Positions 30,391-38,298 of a stretch of DNA of 64,000 bases are shown one piece after another. The stretch is from positions 1,417 to 65,416 of the forward strand of contig JAVCCC010000044.1 of assembly GCA_030765785.1 (NCBI GenBank). The letters are read 5' to 3'. Numbering within the stretch: the stretch's first letter is position 1; the number at the start of each line of letters is the position of its first letter. The position numbers and the translations under genes are program-made. Under the pieces are notes generated by a model that was not told the origin of the DNA, did not search any database, and worked only from the letters and a program-made list of their open reading frames with translations. The stretch comes from Candidatus Aceula lacicola (GTDB lineage: Bacteria > Omnitrophota > Gorgyraeia > Zapsychrales > Aceulaceae).

Positions 30391-31833
30391 CTATTCCTTT
30401 ACTTTTTTATCAACAAGCTCGCCTTTATGATCAAACAAGCTTACGATCAAAGGCATTTTTCCCATGGCATGCGTTGCGCAAGAAAGACATGGGTCATATG
30501 CTCGAATAGCAACTTCAATATGATTGAGCAATCCTTCTGTGATCTCTGGCTTTCCGCTTAAGTGCTCTTCAGCTACTTTTTGAACAGCTGTATTCATTGG
30601 CGTATTATTATTTGTTGTTGAAACAATCAAATTCGCCATTGTCACCTGATCGTGCTCATCAACCTTATAGTGATGGAATAATGTTCCTCGAGGTGCTTCA
30701 ATAAGACCAACAGCTTCACCTCTGCGTTTACCAATTTTAACAAGATCTGTTCCCTGAAGATCAGGATCATTTAAAAGTTCTTTTATTTTTTCAATAGAAT
30801 GCAATGTTTCAATCATACGTGTCCAATGATAAGCCAGTGTCATATGATTTGGCTTACCGCCTGTAATTGCCATAAATTCTTGACGTTCTTTTTCAGCCAA
30901 AGGCGTATCAATAAAATCACAAATATTGACACGCGATAGAGGCCCAACACGGTACCATCCGTTTTCCGGACCAATAGACTTAATAAACGGAAACTTCATA
31001 TAAGACCAATCTTTGACTTCTTCAGCGATATAATCAAGATAATTCTTATAATTGACTTGATCAAAAATCTTATTACCATCTTTATCAACAGCTCTTAAGT
31101 TTCCATGATAAAGATCCATCGCTCCGTCTTCTCTAACAAGACCAAGATGATTAGAATCAAAAGTTCCAAACGATTTGGCAAGATCGACATTCTTTAACGT
31201 ATAATCTTTAGCAATATTAACTGCCCCAATCGACCATTCAACCATTTGATCAATATCTTTTAAGAGAAAATCTCTCTCTTCAATAGAAAGATTCTTGTTA
31301 ATGCCTCCAGGGATTGCGCCTGTTCCATGAATTTTCTTTCCAGCAGTCGCTTTAATAATTTCCTGACCATATTTTCTCATCATAACACCTTGAACAGCTA
31401 ACTCTGGAAATTTTCGAGCAACACCAATAACGTTCCTAATTGCTGGATCAGCATCAAATCCAAATAAAAGATCTGGAGAACAAAGATGAAAAAAATGAAG
31501 CGCGTGAGATTGAAACATTTGACCATAATGCATCAAGCGTCTCATTTTCTCAGCTGTTGGAGTCAGCTCATCAACGCCAGCAATGATATCCATCGCCTTA
31601 GCCGCTGCTAAATGATGGCTTACAGGACAAATACCACATAATCTCTGAACTAAAACGGGCACTTCCCAATAAGGCCTTCCAACAATAAAGCGTTCAAACC
31701 CTCGAAATTCTACAATATGAAGACGAGCCTGTTTGACATTATTTTGTTCATCTAATAAAAGTGACACTTTGCCATGACCTTCAACACGTGTCACTGGTTC
31801 AATGATGATCTTTTTTAAGTTATTATCGCTCAC
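30391..31833 (-). CDS. hoxH: [NiFe] hydrogenase large subunit (NAD-reducing bidirectional type)
   Basis: 480 aa. N-terminal RVEGHG...RLCGICPVSH motif and C-terminal DPCLSCATHA motif. Confidence 0.9.
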   Translation of the reverse strand: MSDNNLKKIIIEPVTRVEGHGKVSLLLDEQNNVKQARLHIVEFRGFERFIVGRPYWEVPVLVQRLCGICPVSHHLAAAKAMDIIAGVDELTPTAEKMRRLMHYGQMFQSHALHFFHLCSPDLLFGFDADPAIRNVIGVARKFPELAVQGVMMRKYGQEIIKATAGKKIHGTGAIPGGINKNLSIEERDFLLKDIDQMVEWSIGAVNIAKDYTLKNVDLAKSFGTFDSNHLGLVREDGAMDLYHGNLRAVDKDGNKIFDQVNYKNYLDYIAEEVKDWSYMKFPFIKSIGPENGWYRVGPLSRVNICDFIDTPLAEKERQEFMAITGGKPNHMTLAYHWTRMIETLHSIEKIKELLNDPDLQGTDLVKIGKRRGEAVGLIEAPRGTLFHHYKVDEHDQVTMANLIVSTTNNNTPMNTAVQKVAEEHLSGKPEITEGLLNHIEVAIRAYDPCLSCATHAMGKMPLIVSLFDHKGELVDKKVKE

Positions 31834-31851
31834 GTTTAAACTCCTGTCTTA

Positions 31852-32397
31852 TTAATCGTATTTAATTAACTCGTATGGTAAATCCAATGGCTTGTTGTTT
31901 AAAAGTGCCACAAGCGCTTCCCAAATCGTATCCGCTGATGGCGGACAACCTGGAAGATAATAATCCATCTTAACAATTTCATGACAAGGATAAACCCTAT
32001 CTAAACATAAAGGAATTTCTTTATCTGATGGAATCTTTCCTGATGGATTGTAAACAGTTGGTCCATTCAAATAAGCTTCATCTAAACATTCTTTTAAAGG
32101 CATGCTATTCCGCATCGCAGGAAGTCCGCCACTGATCGCACAATCTCCAAGAGAAATTAAAATATCACAATTCTCACGAAAATACTTTAGATTATGAACA
32201 TTTTCTTCATTAGCGCATCCGCCTTCAATCAAACCTACAAGACATCGACCTGTAAATTTCTTAAGATCATCAATAGGAGACTTGTCAAAATCAACAAGTT
32301 CAATAAGTTTTAAGATGCGCTCATCAATATCTAAAATAGACATATGACACCCGAAACATCCCGCTAAAGAAGCTGTTGCGATTTTTGGTTTTGCCAT
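31852..32397 (-). CDS. hoxY: [NiFe] hydrogenase small subunit (HoxY-type)
   Basis: 181 aa. Cys pattern CxGC...GDCA...C..PGCPP of the short small subunits. Confidence 0.85.
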   Translation of the reverse strand: MAKPKIATASLAGCFGCHMSILDIDERILKLIELVDFDKSPIDDLKKFTGRCLVGLIEGGCANEENVHNLKYFRENCDILISLGDCAISGGLPAMRNSMPLKECLDEAYLNGPTVYNPSGKIPSDKEIPLCLDRVYPCHEIVKMDYYLPGCPPSADTIWEALVALLNNKPLDLPYELIKYD

Positions 32398-32460
32398 TTT
32401 TAAATTCCTTTTAAAATTTTTTAACTAAATTATTTTTTTATCTTCTATTTTCAATCAAAA

Positions 32461-33168
32461 CTACGACTTAGCTTCAATATCAGAGCCAATCGGTTTTTCA
32501 TCATAAATTCTTTTTCCAACTGGAACTGCAAATCCAACTCTCTTTTTAATAATAGCTCCAACAGGACAAACATCAGCAGCCTTATCTGTGATAGCCATAT
32601 TCGTATCACCTAAATTTGCATCTGCATTAACAGCCACTTTTTTTTCGCTGCCACGCCCAACAAATTCAAAAACTGTCTTACCGTCAACATCACGTGAAGC
32701 ATTAACACAACGGCCACATAAAATACAACGGTTGCGGTCAATAAAAATATCAGGATGCGTTCCATCTAAATCTCTAGCTGGAAACAAATACGGAAACTTT
32801 GGAGCACAAATACTTAGCCGATAAGCTTCGGCCTGAAGTTCGCAATTACCACTCTTTTCACAAAACATGCAAAAATGATTTCCTTCAACGAATAACATAT
32901 CAACAATATCTCGTCGAATGCCTTCTATCTCCTCTGTCTTATTTTCAACCTCCGCACCGTCAACCGCTGGTTCTGTACAAGCCGTCTGACATCGTCCATT
33001 AACCTTAACAGTGCAAACTCGACAGCTCCCATGTGGTGTTAAATCTTTTAAATAACAAAGCCTTGGAATATAAACTCCAGCCTCATCAGCTGCTTGCATA
33101 ATCGTCTGACCAACTTTAGCTTTTATTTCAACTCCATCAATTTTAAATGTAATCATCTTTTCGCTCAT
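32461..33168 (-). CDS. hoxU: Hydrogenase diaphorase Fe-S subunit HoxU (NuoG-like N-terminal fragment). The start is revised to the internal ATG at 33166-33168.
   Basis: 2Fe-2S motif (CYLKDLTPHGSCRVC) and 4Fe-4S motifs. The AAAGGAAA Shine-Dalgarno sits directly upstream of the internal ATG. The longer 257-aa ORF would overlap hoxF by 50 nt. Confidence 0.8.
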   Translation of the reverse strand: MSEKMITFKIDGVEIKAKVGQTIMQAADEAGVYIPRLCYLKDLTPHGSCRVCTVKVNGRCQTACTEPAVDGAEVENKTEEIEGIRRDIVDMLFVEGNHFCMFCEKSGNCELQAEAYRLSICAPKFPYLFPARDLDGTHPDIFIDRNRCILCGRCVNASRDVDGKTVFEFVGRGSEKKVAVNADANLGDTNMAITDKAADVCPVGAIIKKRVGFAVPVGKRIYDEKPIGSDIEAKS

Positions 33169-33184
33169 AATATTTCCTTTTTCT

Positions 33185-35002
33185 TTAGTCTGTATAAAGA
33201 ACTGATTTTCGTTCTGCCGCTTGTTCGGCATCACCTAAAGCAGCACGAATATCAAATGTTGGCTGCATACCATCTTCTGAAACTTTAACAAGAGCTTCAT
33301 AAAGAGGCTTAAAATTCTTCAAGGTCGTCAAAATAGGATTCGGAGATGTTTGTCCAAGTCCACAACGACTTGATTTTTTAACGCTTTCACCTAAAGATTG
33401 AAGATAATCTAAATCAGCTGGCTGACCATTGCCTTCCATAATTTCTTCTAATTTCTTTTTGAGTAATACATTGCCAACACGACAAGGCGTGCAATAGCCA
33501 CAACTTTCTTCAACAAAAAATTCCATATATTCATGAACAGCTTTTAACAAATCGCATTTTGGTCCAAAAACAATAATTGCACCACCCGTACCTAAATCGC
33601 TGAAACAAATAACACGAGAAAACTCATTTGGCGCAATAAACTGTCCTGATGGGCCAGCCACTAAAACGGCCTTGGCATCTTCCGCGCCAACCTCTTTTAA
33701 GAGATCAAAAACCTTTGTGCCAAATGGAACTTCATAAATGCCTGGATTCTTGCAGTATCCTGAAATACTTAAAACCTTTGTTCCAGAGCTTTCTCTTGAT
33801 CCAATAGACAAAAACCAATCAGAACCTTTTTCTAAAATACGAGTCGCAGAACAAAGTGTCTCAACGTTATTAACACTAGTGGGGGACGCTAAATATCCTT
33901 TTTGTGCAGGAAATGGAGGGCGTGTTTTTGGATCTCCTCTTAATCCTTCGCAAGAACTAATCAATGCACTTTCTTCTCCACAAATATAAGCGCCAGATCC
34001 TGACTGAATACGAATATCAAAATTAAATCCATCTTTTCCTTTAATACTATCTCCTAGAAGCCCTTGATCCCGTCTCTCTTGAAGCTTTGCTTCTAAAAAC
34101 TTTTTCAAATAAACATATTCACCTCTCAAATAAAGAATGCCCGTAGCTGCGCCAATCGCATAGCCCGCAATCGTCATTCCTTCAAAAAGAAGATCAAACT
34201 TTTCTGTTAAAAGAACTCTATCTTTAAATGTTCCAGGCTCCCCTTCATCAGCATTACAAATCACAAACTTTTCTTTTCCTTCAGCACTACGTGTAAATTG
34301 CCACTTTAAACCTGTGGGAAAACCTGCTCCCCCGCGACCACGTAATTTAGATACCTTAACAGCCTCAACAACTTCTTCTGGCTTTAATGCAAGAGCATTT
34401 TCCAAGCCTTTACCTGATTCATTATCCGTAAAAATAACATCGCCTGTTTTTAAAATATTATTTTTTACAGCAGACCGAACAAGACTATCAACATTATTTC
34501 CATCCCCAATACCTAAAGAAAGCTTTGATGGATCGGCATCTTTTTTTAAATTTTGTACAATTTCTTTTACTTTTTCCACCGTTAAACTAGGTGCAACAAC
34601 ATCATTAATCAAAGCAGCTGGAGCTTGATCACACATGCCGATACAAGGTGTATATTCAAGAGTAATTTTACCATCAGCTGTTGTTTCGCTAAACCCAATG
34701 CCAAGCTCAGAAGATAATGCTTCAGCAACTTTTTCGCACCCCTTCATGCGATCAACTGTATCATTGCAAAGTCTAATGACTGTCTTTCCCTTTTGCTCTT
34801 TTGAAAGAAAAGAATAAAAAGAAACAACACTTTCCACCTCAACATGATGCGATTTTGTTGCTTTGGCAATAATACTCATAGCTTCGCTGCTAACGCATCC
34901 AAGCTCTTTCTGCACGCCTTGCACAATATCCATCATACGAACGCGATCGTTGTTGCTAGATTGACAAATTTCTTGAATTTTCTGCTGTAATGAATCGCTC
35001 AT
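33185..35002 (-). CDS. hoxF: Hydrogenase diaphorase NAD(H)-binding subunit HoxF, with a fused NuoE-like 2Fe-2S domain at its N-terminus
   Basis: 605 aa. N-terminal thioredoxin-like 2Fe-2S domain. NuoF core with GRGGAGFPTG and the CGYCTPC 4Fe-4S motif. Confidence 0.9.
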   Translation of the reverse strand: MSDSLQQKIQEICQSSNNDRVRMMDIVQGVQKELGCVSSEAMSIIAKATKSHHVEVESVVSFYSFLSKEQKGKTVIRLCNDTVDRMKGCEKVAEALSSELGIGFSETTADGKITLEYTPCIGMCDQAPAALINDVVAPSLTVEKVKEIVQNLKKDADPSKLSLGIGDGNNVDSLVRSAVKNNILKTGDVIFTDNESGKGLENALALKPEEVVEAVKVSKLRGRGGAGFPTGLKWQFTRSAEGKEKFVICNADEGEPGTFKDRVLLTEKFDLLFEGMTIAGYAIGAATGILYLRGEYVYLKKFLEAKLQERRDQGLLGDSIKGKDGFNFDIRIQSGSGAYICGEESALISSCEGLRGDPKTRPPFPAQKGYLASPTSVNNVETLCSATRILEKGSDWFLSIGSRESSGTKVLSISGYCKNPGIYEVPFGTKVFDLLKEVGAEDAKAVLVAGPSGQFIAPNEFSRVICFSDLGTGGAIIVFGPKCDLLKAVHEYMEFFVEESCGYCTPCRVGNVLLKKKLEEIMEGNGQPADLDYLQSLGESVKKSSRCGLGQTSPNPILTTLKNFKPLYEALVKVSEDGMQPTFDIRAALGDAEQAAERKSVLYTD

Positions 35003-35104
35003 AAGAATACCTTTATATTTAATATGGTTTAATATGTTATATGTCTCGTCGAAAAGTAAATGTTTTGTGTATTTTAAATCGTGAAATTTGGAACAATTAA
35101 AAGT

Positions 35105-35132
35105 ATTATACAGAATTCTTCTTTTTGTGCAA
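35105..35132 (-). promoter_or_regulatory. Possible internal promoter ahead of hoxF (TTGCAC, 16-nt spacer, TATAAT). A CTGAATAAATTCAG palindrome lies upstream at 35142-35155.
   Basis: The reverse complement reads TTGCACaaaaagaagaattctgTATAAT. Confidence 0.4.
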
Positions 35133-35185
35133 GAAATAATTCTGAATTTATTCAGCGGTCAAAAAGATCTAAAATTAACGCTTCT

Positions 35186-35629
35186 TTAAGCTCCGTAGCC
35201 TGTTCCAGCAATAAAATTCTCGAGATCTCGAATCATAAAATTCTTGTGTGCAATAACAGCTTTAACAACATCTCCTATCGTAATAATTCCAAGAATCTTG
35301 TCGTTTTCCATAACAGGAAGATGACGAATATGTTTATCCGTCATAAGCGCCATGCACTCTTCAGTGCTTCGATTTGGGGCAATGCAAAAAACTTCTCTTG
35401 TCATCAACTCTTCAACAGGAGTATCTTTAGACTCTTTTCCCTCTAAAACAATTTTACGGGCGTAATCGCGTTCCGAAAAAATGCCAGCAAGCTTGTCCTT
35501 GTCTAAAACCAGCAAGGCTCCAACATTCTTTTCTGCCATAATTTTAAGAGCATCCAGCACCATGTCTTTCGGTGCAACAGACCAGATTTCTTTCCCTTTT
35601 TCTCCCAAAAGATGTCTAACTGTGCTCAT
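35186..35629 (-). CDS. CBS-domain pair protein (first gene of the hox operon)
   Basis: 147 aa starting MSTVRHLLGEKG with two CBS repeats. The start is confirmed by a GGAGGGGGAG Shine-Dalgarno. Confidence 0.75.
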   Translation of the reverse strand: MSTVRHLLGEKGKEIWSVAPKDMVLDALKIMAEKNVGALLVLDKDKLAGIFSERDYARKIVLEGKESKDTPVEELMTREVFCIAPNRSTEECMALMTDKHIRHLPVMENDKILGIITIGDVVKAVIAHKNFMIRDLENFIAGTGYGA

Positions 35630-35720
35630 CTCCCCCTCCTTTAAATGAGCAGTTAAGTTATGGAGCCGCAGGCGACATAACTTAAAACTGCGAATTTATC
35701 CCGAATGTGCAGCGTGCCGA
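35630..35720 (-). promoter_or_regulatory. Copy 3 of a conserved structured 5'-UTR RNA motif (upstream of CBS-hox)
   Basis: RNA sense reads CGGGAUAAAUUCGCAG - hairpin (UUAAGUUAUG ... CAUAACUUAA) - CUGCUCAUUUAAAGGAGG - AUG. Shares both boxes with the copies at 3044-3133 and 13311-13420. Confidence 0.6.
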
Positions 35721-35744
35721 AATTAATACTATTCGATAATTTCA

Positions 35745-35773
35745 CCTGCATGAAGATTATAAGTTTAAACAAA
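35745..35773 (-). promoter_or_regulatory. Consensus sigma-70 promoter of the CBS-hox operon (TTGACA, 17-nt spacer, TATAAT)
   Basis: The reverse complement reads TTGACAcagtttttgtttaaactTATAAT. The implied transcription start lies just upstream of motif copy 3. Confidence 0.65.
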
Positions 35774-35825
35774 AACTGTGTCAATTGATATATATTTAAA
35801 GGAAAGATAATAAAATACGAACTTA

Positions 35826-36506
35826 TTACTCTGTGATAAACTTCGCTTTTGCTCCAACATTCTGTTGACGCTTAGCTTTAAGCCATGAAACCCACTCATT
35901 CATGCCCTGGCCTTTTACGGAGGAAATGTGAAGGATTTCTAAATTGGAGTTGAGCTTTTTAATATCATTTGTGACACGCTCAAGATCAAAATCCAAAATA
36001 CCTAAAAGATCAACCTTGGTTAAAAGCACAAGATCAGCTGCTCTAAAAATGGTAGGATATTTTGCAACCTTATCATCCCCTTCTGGAATACTTAAAAGAA
36101 CTACTTTTACGTTTTCGCCAAGATCAAACTCCCCTGGGCAGACCATGTTGCCAACATTTTCAATAAAAACATAATCAGCTTCACTTATATTTAATCCCAA
36201 AAGGCTATCGGCAACTTGATTCGCATACAAATGACAACTCATGCCTGTGTTAATCTGTGCGACGTCAAGCGCATTAGGCACAAGCCTGTCAGCATCACGC
36301 GTGGTTTGAAGATCGCCTACTACAACTGTTGTTTTTTGTTCTGGCAAAAGCTCTGCAATTGTTTTTTCTAAGAGCGTCGTCTTCCCACTTCCGGGTGAAC
36401 TGATAAAATTAACAGCTAAAAGACCGGCGTCTCTAAAAATTTCTCGATTTTTATCTGCAATCATATCATTGTCTTTTAAAATTCTTTTTGCAACTGTAAC
36501 TTTCAT
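35826..36506 (-). CDS. hypB: Hydrogenase nickel-incorporation GTPase HypB
   Basis: 226 aa. P-loop SPGSGKTTLL. CH...C metal site (SCHLYAN). Confidence 0.9.
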   Translation of the reverse strand: MKVTVAKRILKDNDMIADKNREIFRDAGLLAVNFISSPGSGKTTLLEKTIAELLPEQKTTVVVGDLQTTRDADRLVPNALDVAQINTGMSCHLYANQVADSLLGLNISEADYVFIENVGNMVCPGEFDLGENVKVVLLSIPEGDDKVAKYPTIFRAADLVLLTKVDLLGILDFDLERVTNDIKKLNSNLEILHISSVKGQGMNEWVSWLKAKRQQNVGAKAKFITE

Positions 36507-36853
36507 TTAGATTCCTTACCTTGAATTGATTTTAAAATAATTTCATCTCCTTTTAAAACTTTAACATCTGCTTTCTGACATTCCGGACACAAAAAATCAT
36601 TCAATTGTGGCTCAAATTGTTTTTTACAAATATTACATTCTGACAAAGGAGCAATTTCTACAATCTTTAGCGTCGCATTCTGCGCAATTGTTTCTCTCCT
36701 CACCGCTAGGAACGCCTCTTGCATGACTTCTGGAATAACTTGCCTTAAAAAACCTGTCTCAACTTCAATCTCATCAATTTCCTTTAACCCATTAACTTTC
36801 GCTATCTCTAAAACCTGATCCATTAACCCAACAGCAATCGACATTTCATGCAT
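36503..36853 (-). CDS. hypA: Hydrogenase nickel-insertion protein HypA
   Basis: 116 aa. MHEMSIA N-terminus and CxxC...CxxC zinc site. Confidence 0.9.
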   Translation of the reverse strand: MHEMSIAVGLMDQVLEIAKVNGLKEIDEIEVETGFLRQVIPEVMQEAFLAVRRETIAQNATLKIVEIAPLSECNICKKQFEPQLNDFLCPECQKADVKVLKGDEIILKSIQGKESK

Positions 36854-36861
36854 TTTATTTC

Positions 36862-37482
36862 CTATCTCTGGATATCACAAAAAAGTGACAAAAATTCAAT
36901 TGTAAAATCAATATCACGCACAACAATATTCTTCGGAACTACAATAGACATCGGACTAAAATTAACAATCCCTTTTAGGCCGGACAAAACAACAATATCT
37001 GCCACTTCCTGGCTAAATTCTTTAGGTACCGCAATGATGCCAATTTCGATTTTTGTTCTCTTAATAATCTTGGGTGCTTTATCAATCGAATAAATATTGA
37101 CGTCATTGATTTTCTTTCCAATTTTCTTTAAATCTTTGTCAAATGCAGCAATGATCTTAATGCGACCCTTATGAAAACCAGGATATTTTAAAATAGCAGA
37201 ACCTAAATTTCCAACTCCAAAAAGCGCTGCATATACAGAATCCTGCTGAAGCACAAATCCTTCTAAAATATCTCTAAGCTCAATCGTTTTATAACCAATA
37301 CGAGGTGTCCCTACTTTTCCAAATTTAGAAATATCTTTTCTAATTTGCACATCGCTAAACCCTGTCATTTTTGCAAGCTCGCCTGACGACACCAAATACC
37401 TGTTAGACTTAACCAATCCTTCAAGGGTGCGGATATAAAGAAGTGCACGTTCAATTGTTTTTTTTGATATTTTTTTAACCAT
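36862..37482 (-). CDS. rex: Redox-sensing transcriptional repressor Rex
   Basis: 206 aa. N-terminal winged helix and a Rossmann fold (FGVGNLGSAIL). Confidence 0.85.
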   Translation of the reverse strand: MVKKISKKTIERALLYIRTLEGLVKSNRYLVSSGELAKMTGFSDVQIRKDISKFGKVGTPRIGYKTIELRDILEGFVLQQDSVYAALFGVGNLGSAILKYPGFHKGRIKIIAAFDKDLKKIGKKINDVNIYSIDKAPKIIKRTKIEIGIIAVPKEFSQEVADIVVLSGLKGIVNFSPMSIVVPKNIVVRDIDFTIEFLSLFCDIQR

Positions 37483-37520
37483 TTGTCCTCAAAATCATAA
37501 AATTTATAACAATAAACGCC

Positions 37521-37548
37521 ATTATACTCTTTGACTTTACGAATTCAA
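37521..37548 (-). promoter_or_regulatory. Sigma-70 promoter of rex (TTGAAT, 16-nt spacer, TATAAT)
   Basis: The reverse complement reads TTGAATtcgtaaagtcaaagagTATAAT. Confidence 0.5.
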
Positions 37549-37578
37549 GAAATAAATTATGCGTTTATAGGGAAATTT

Positions 37579-38292
37579 TTAGAGACCTAAGAATTTGATG
37601 GCATATCCACAAAAGAAAACAACGAGACCTGCTAATGCGTGGCTGTAGCGTTCAAAACGCTTAAATGGAACAAAGCTCATACCAAAAGTGCCCAAAAGAA
37701 CAACCCCAAGCATTGTTGAGATTGTCACAACGCTAAAAATGCTAGCAATAACAACCATAGAAAAAAAGCTGTGTTTAGCAGCTGGATACATCAAAAGAGG
37801 AATCAATGGCTCGCAAGGGCCCAAAACAAAAATAACAAACAAAGCCCAAGGAATCGGCTTTGCTAGAGAACTCTTTTCGTGAACATGAGCATGTTCCTGA
37901 CTATGTTTATGCGTATGATTATGAATCGATCCATCACTATGGACATGAGGATGAGTATGCGGTTTATTTTTAATAGCTTGTCGAATACCCCATACAAAAT
38001 AGACAAAACCAAAAGTAATCAATGCCCAGCCAGCCCATTCTCCTCTAATAGACTCAAAAATTTCAAGCTTTAATACGGCAAGTCCCAGGCTTGCGCCAAT
38101 TAATCCTAAAATAACTGAACTTCCAACATGTCCAATGCCACAACCTAACGTAATCAAAATGGTTTTAAGATAAGACCATTTTCTTGCCTTAGCCATCACA
38201 ATAAACGGAACATAGTGATCTGGGCCAAAAAGGGTATGAAAAAACCCAATAGAAGCAGCCGTAATGCTTAGAATAATTGTTTCGTTAGACAT
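37579..38292 (-). CDS. Nickel/cobalt transporter-like membrane protein (NicO/RcnA-like) with a central His-rich loop
   Basis: 237 aa with six transmembrane segments. HTLFGPDHY motif in TM1-2. Central loop HTHPHVHSDGSIHNHTHKHSQEHAHVHE. Confidence 0.6.
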   Translation of the reverse strand: MSNETIILSITAASIGFFHTLFGPDHYVPFIVMAKARKWSYLKTILITLGCGIGHVGSSVILGLIGASLGLAVLKLEIFESIRGEWAGWALITFGFVYFVWGIRQAIKNKPHTHPHVHSDGSIHNHTHKHSQEHAHVHEKSSLAKPIPWALFVIFVLGPCEPLIPLLMYPAAKHSFFSMVVIASIFSVVTISTMLGVVLLGTFGMSFVPFKRFERYSHALAGLVVFFCGYAIKFLGL

Positions 38293-38298
38293 TGTTTC

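Noticed and set aside
32461-33234. The 257-aa form of HoxU starting at 33234
   Set aside because: It would overlap hoxF by 50 nt, and the N-terminal extension (MMPNKRQNENQFFIQTKEKGNI) is not HoxU-like. An internal ATG at 33166-33168 has an AAAGGAAA Shine-Dalgarno and starts the 2Fe-2S domain.
35003-35185. A Rex operator in the hoxF upstream gap (TTTCACGATTTAAAATACACAAA)
   Set aside because: The two half-sites are not inverted repeats of each other: there is no TTGTGAA opposite TTCACAA. It does not fit the TTGTGAA-N6-TTCACAA consensus.
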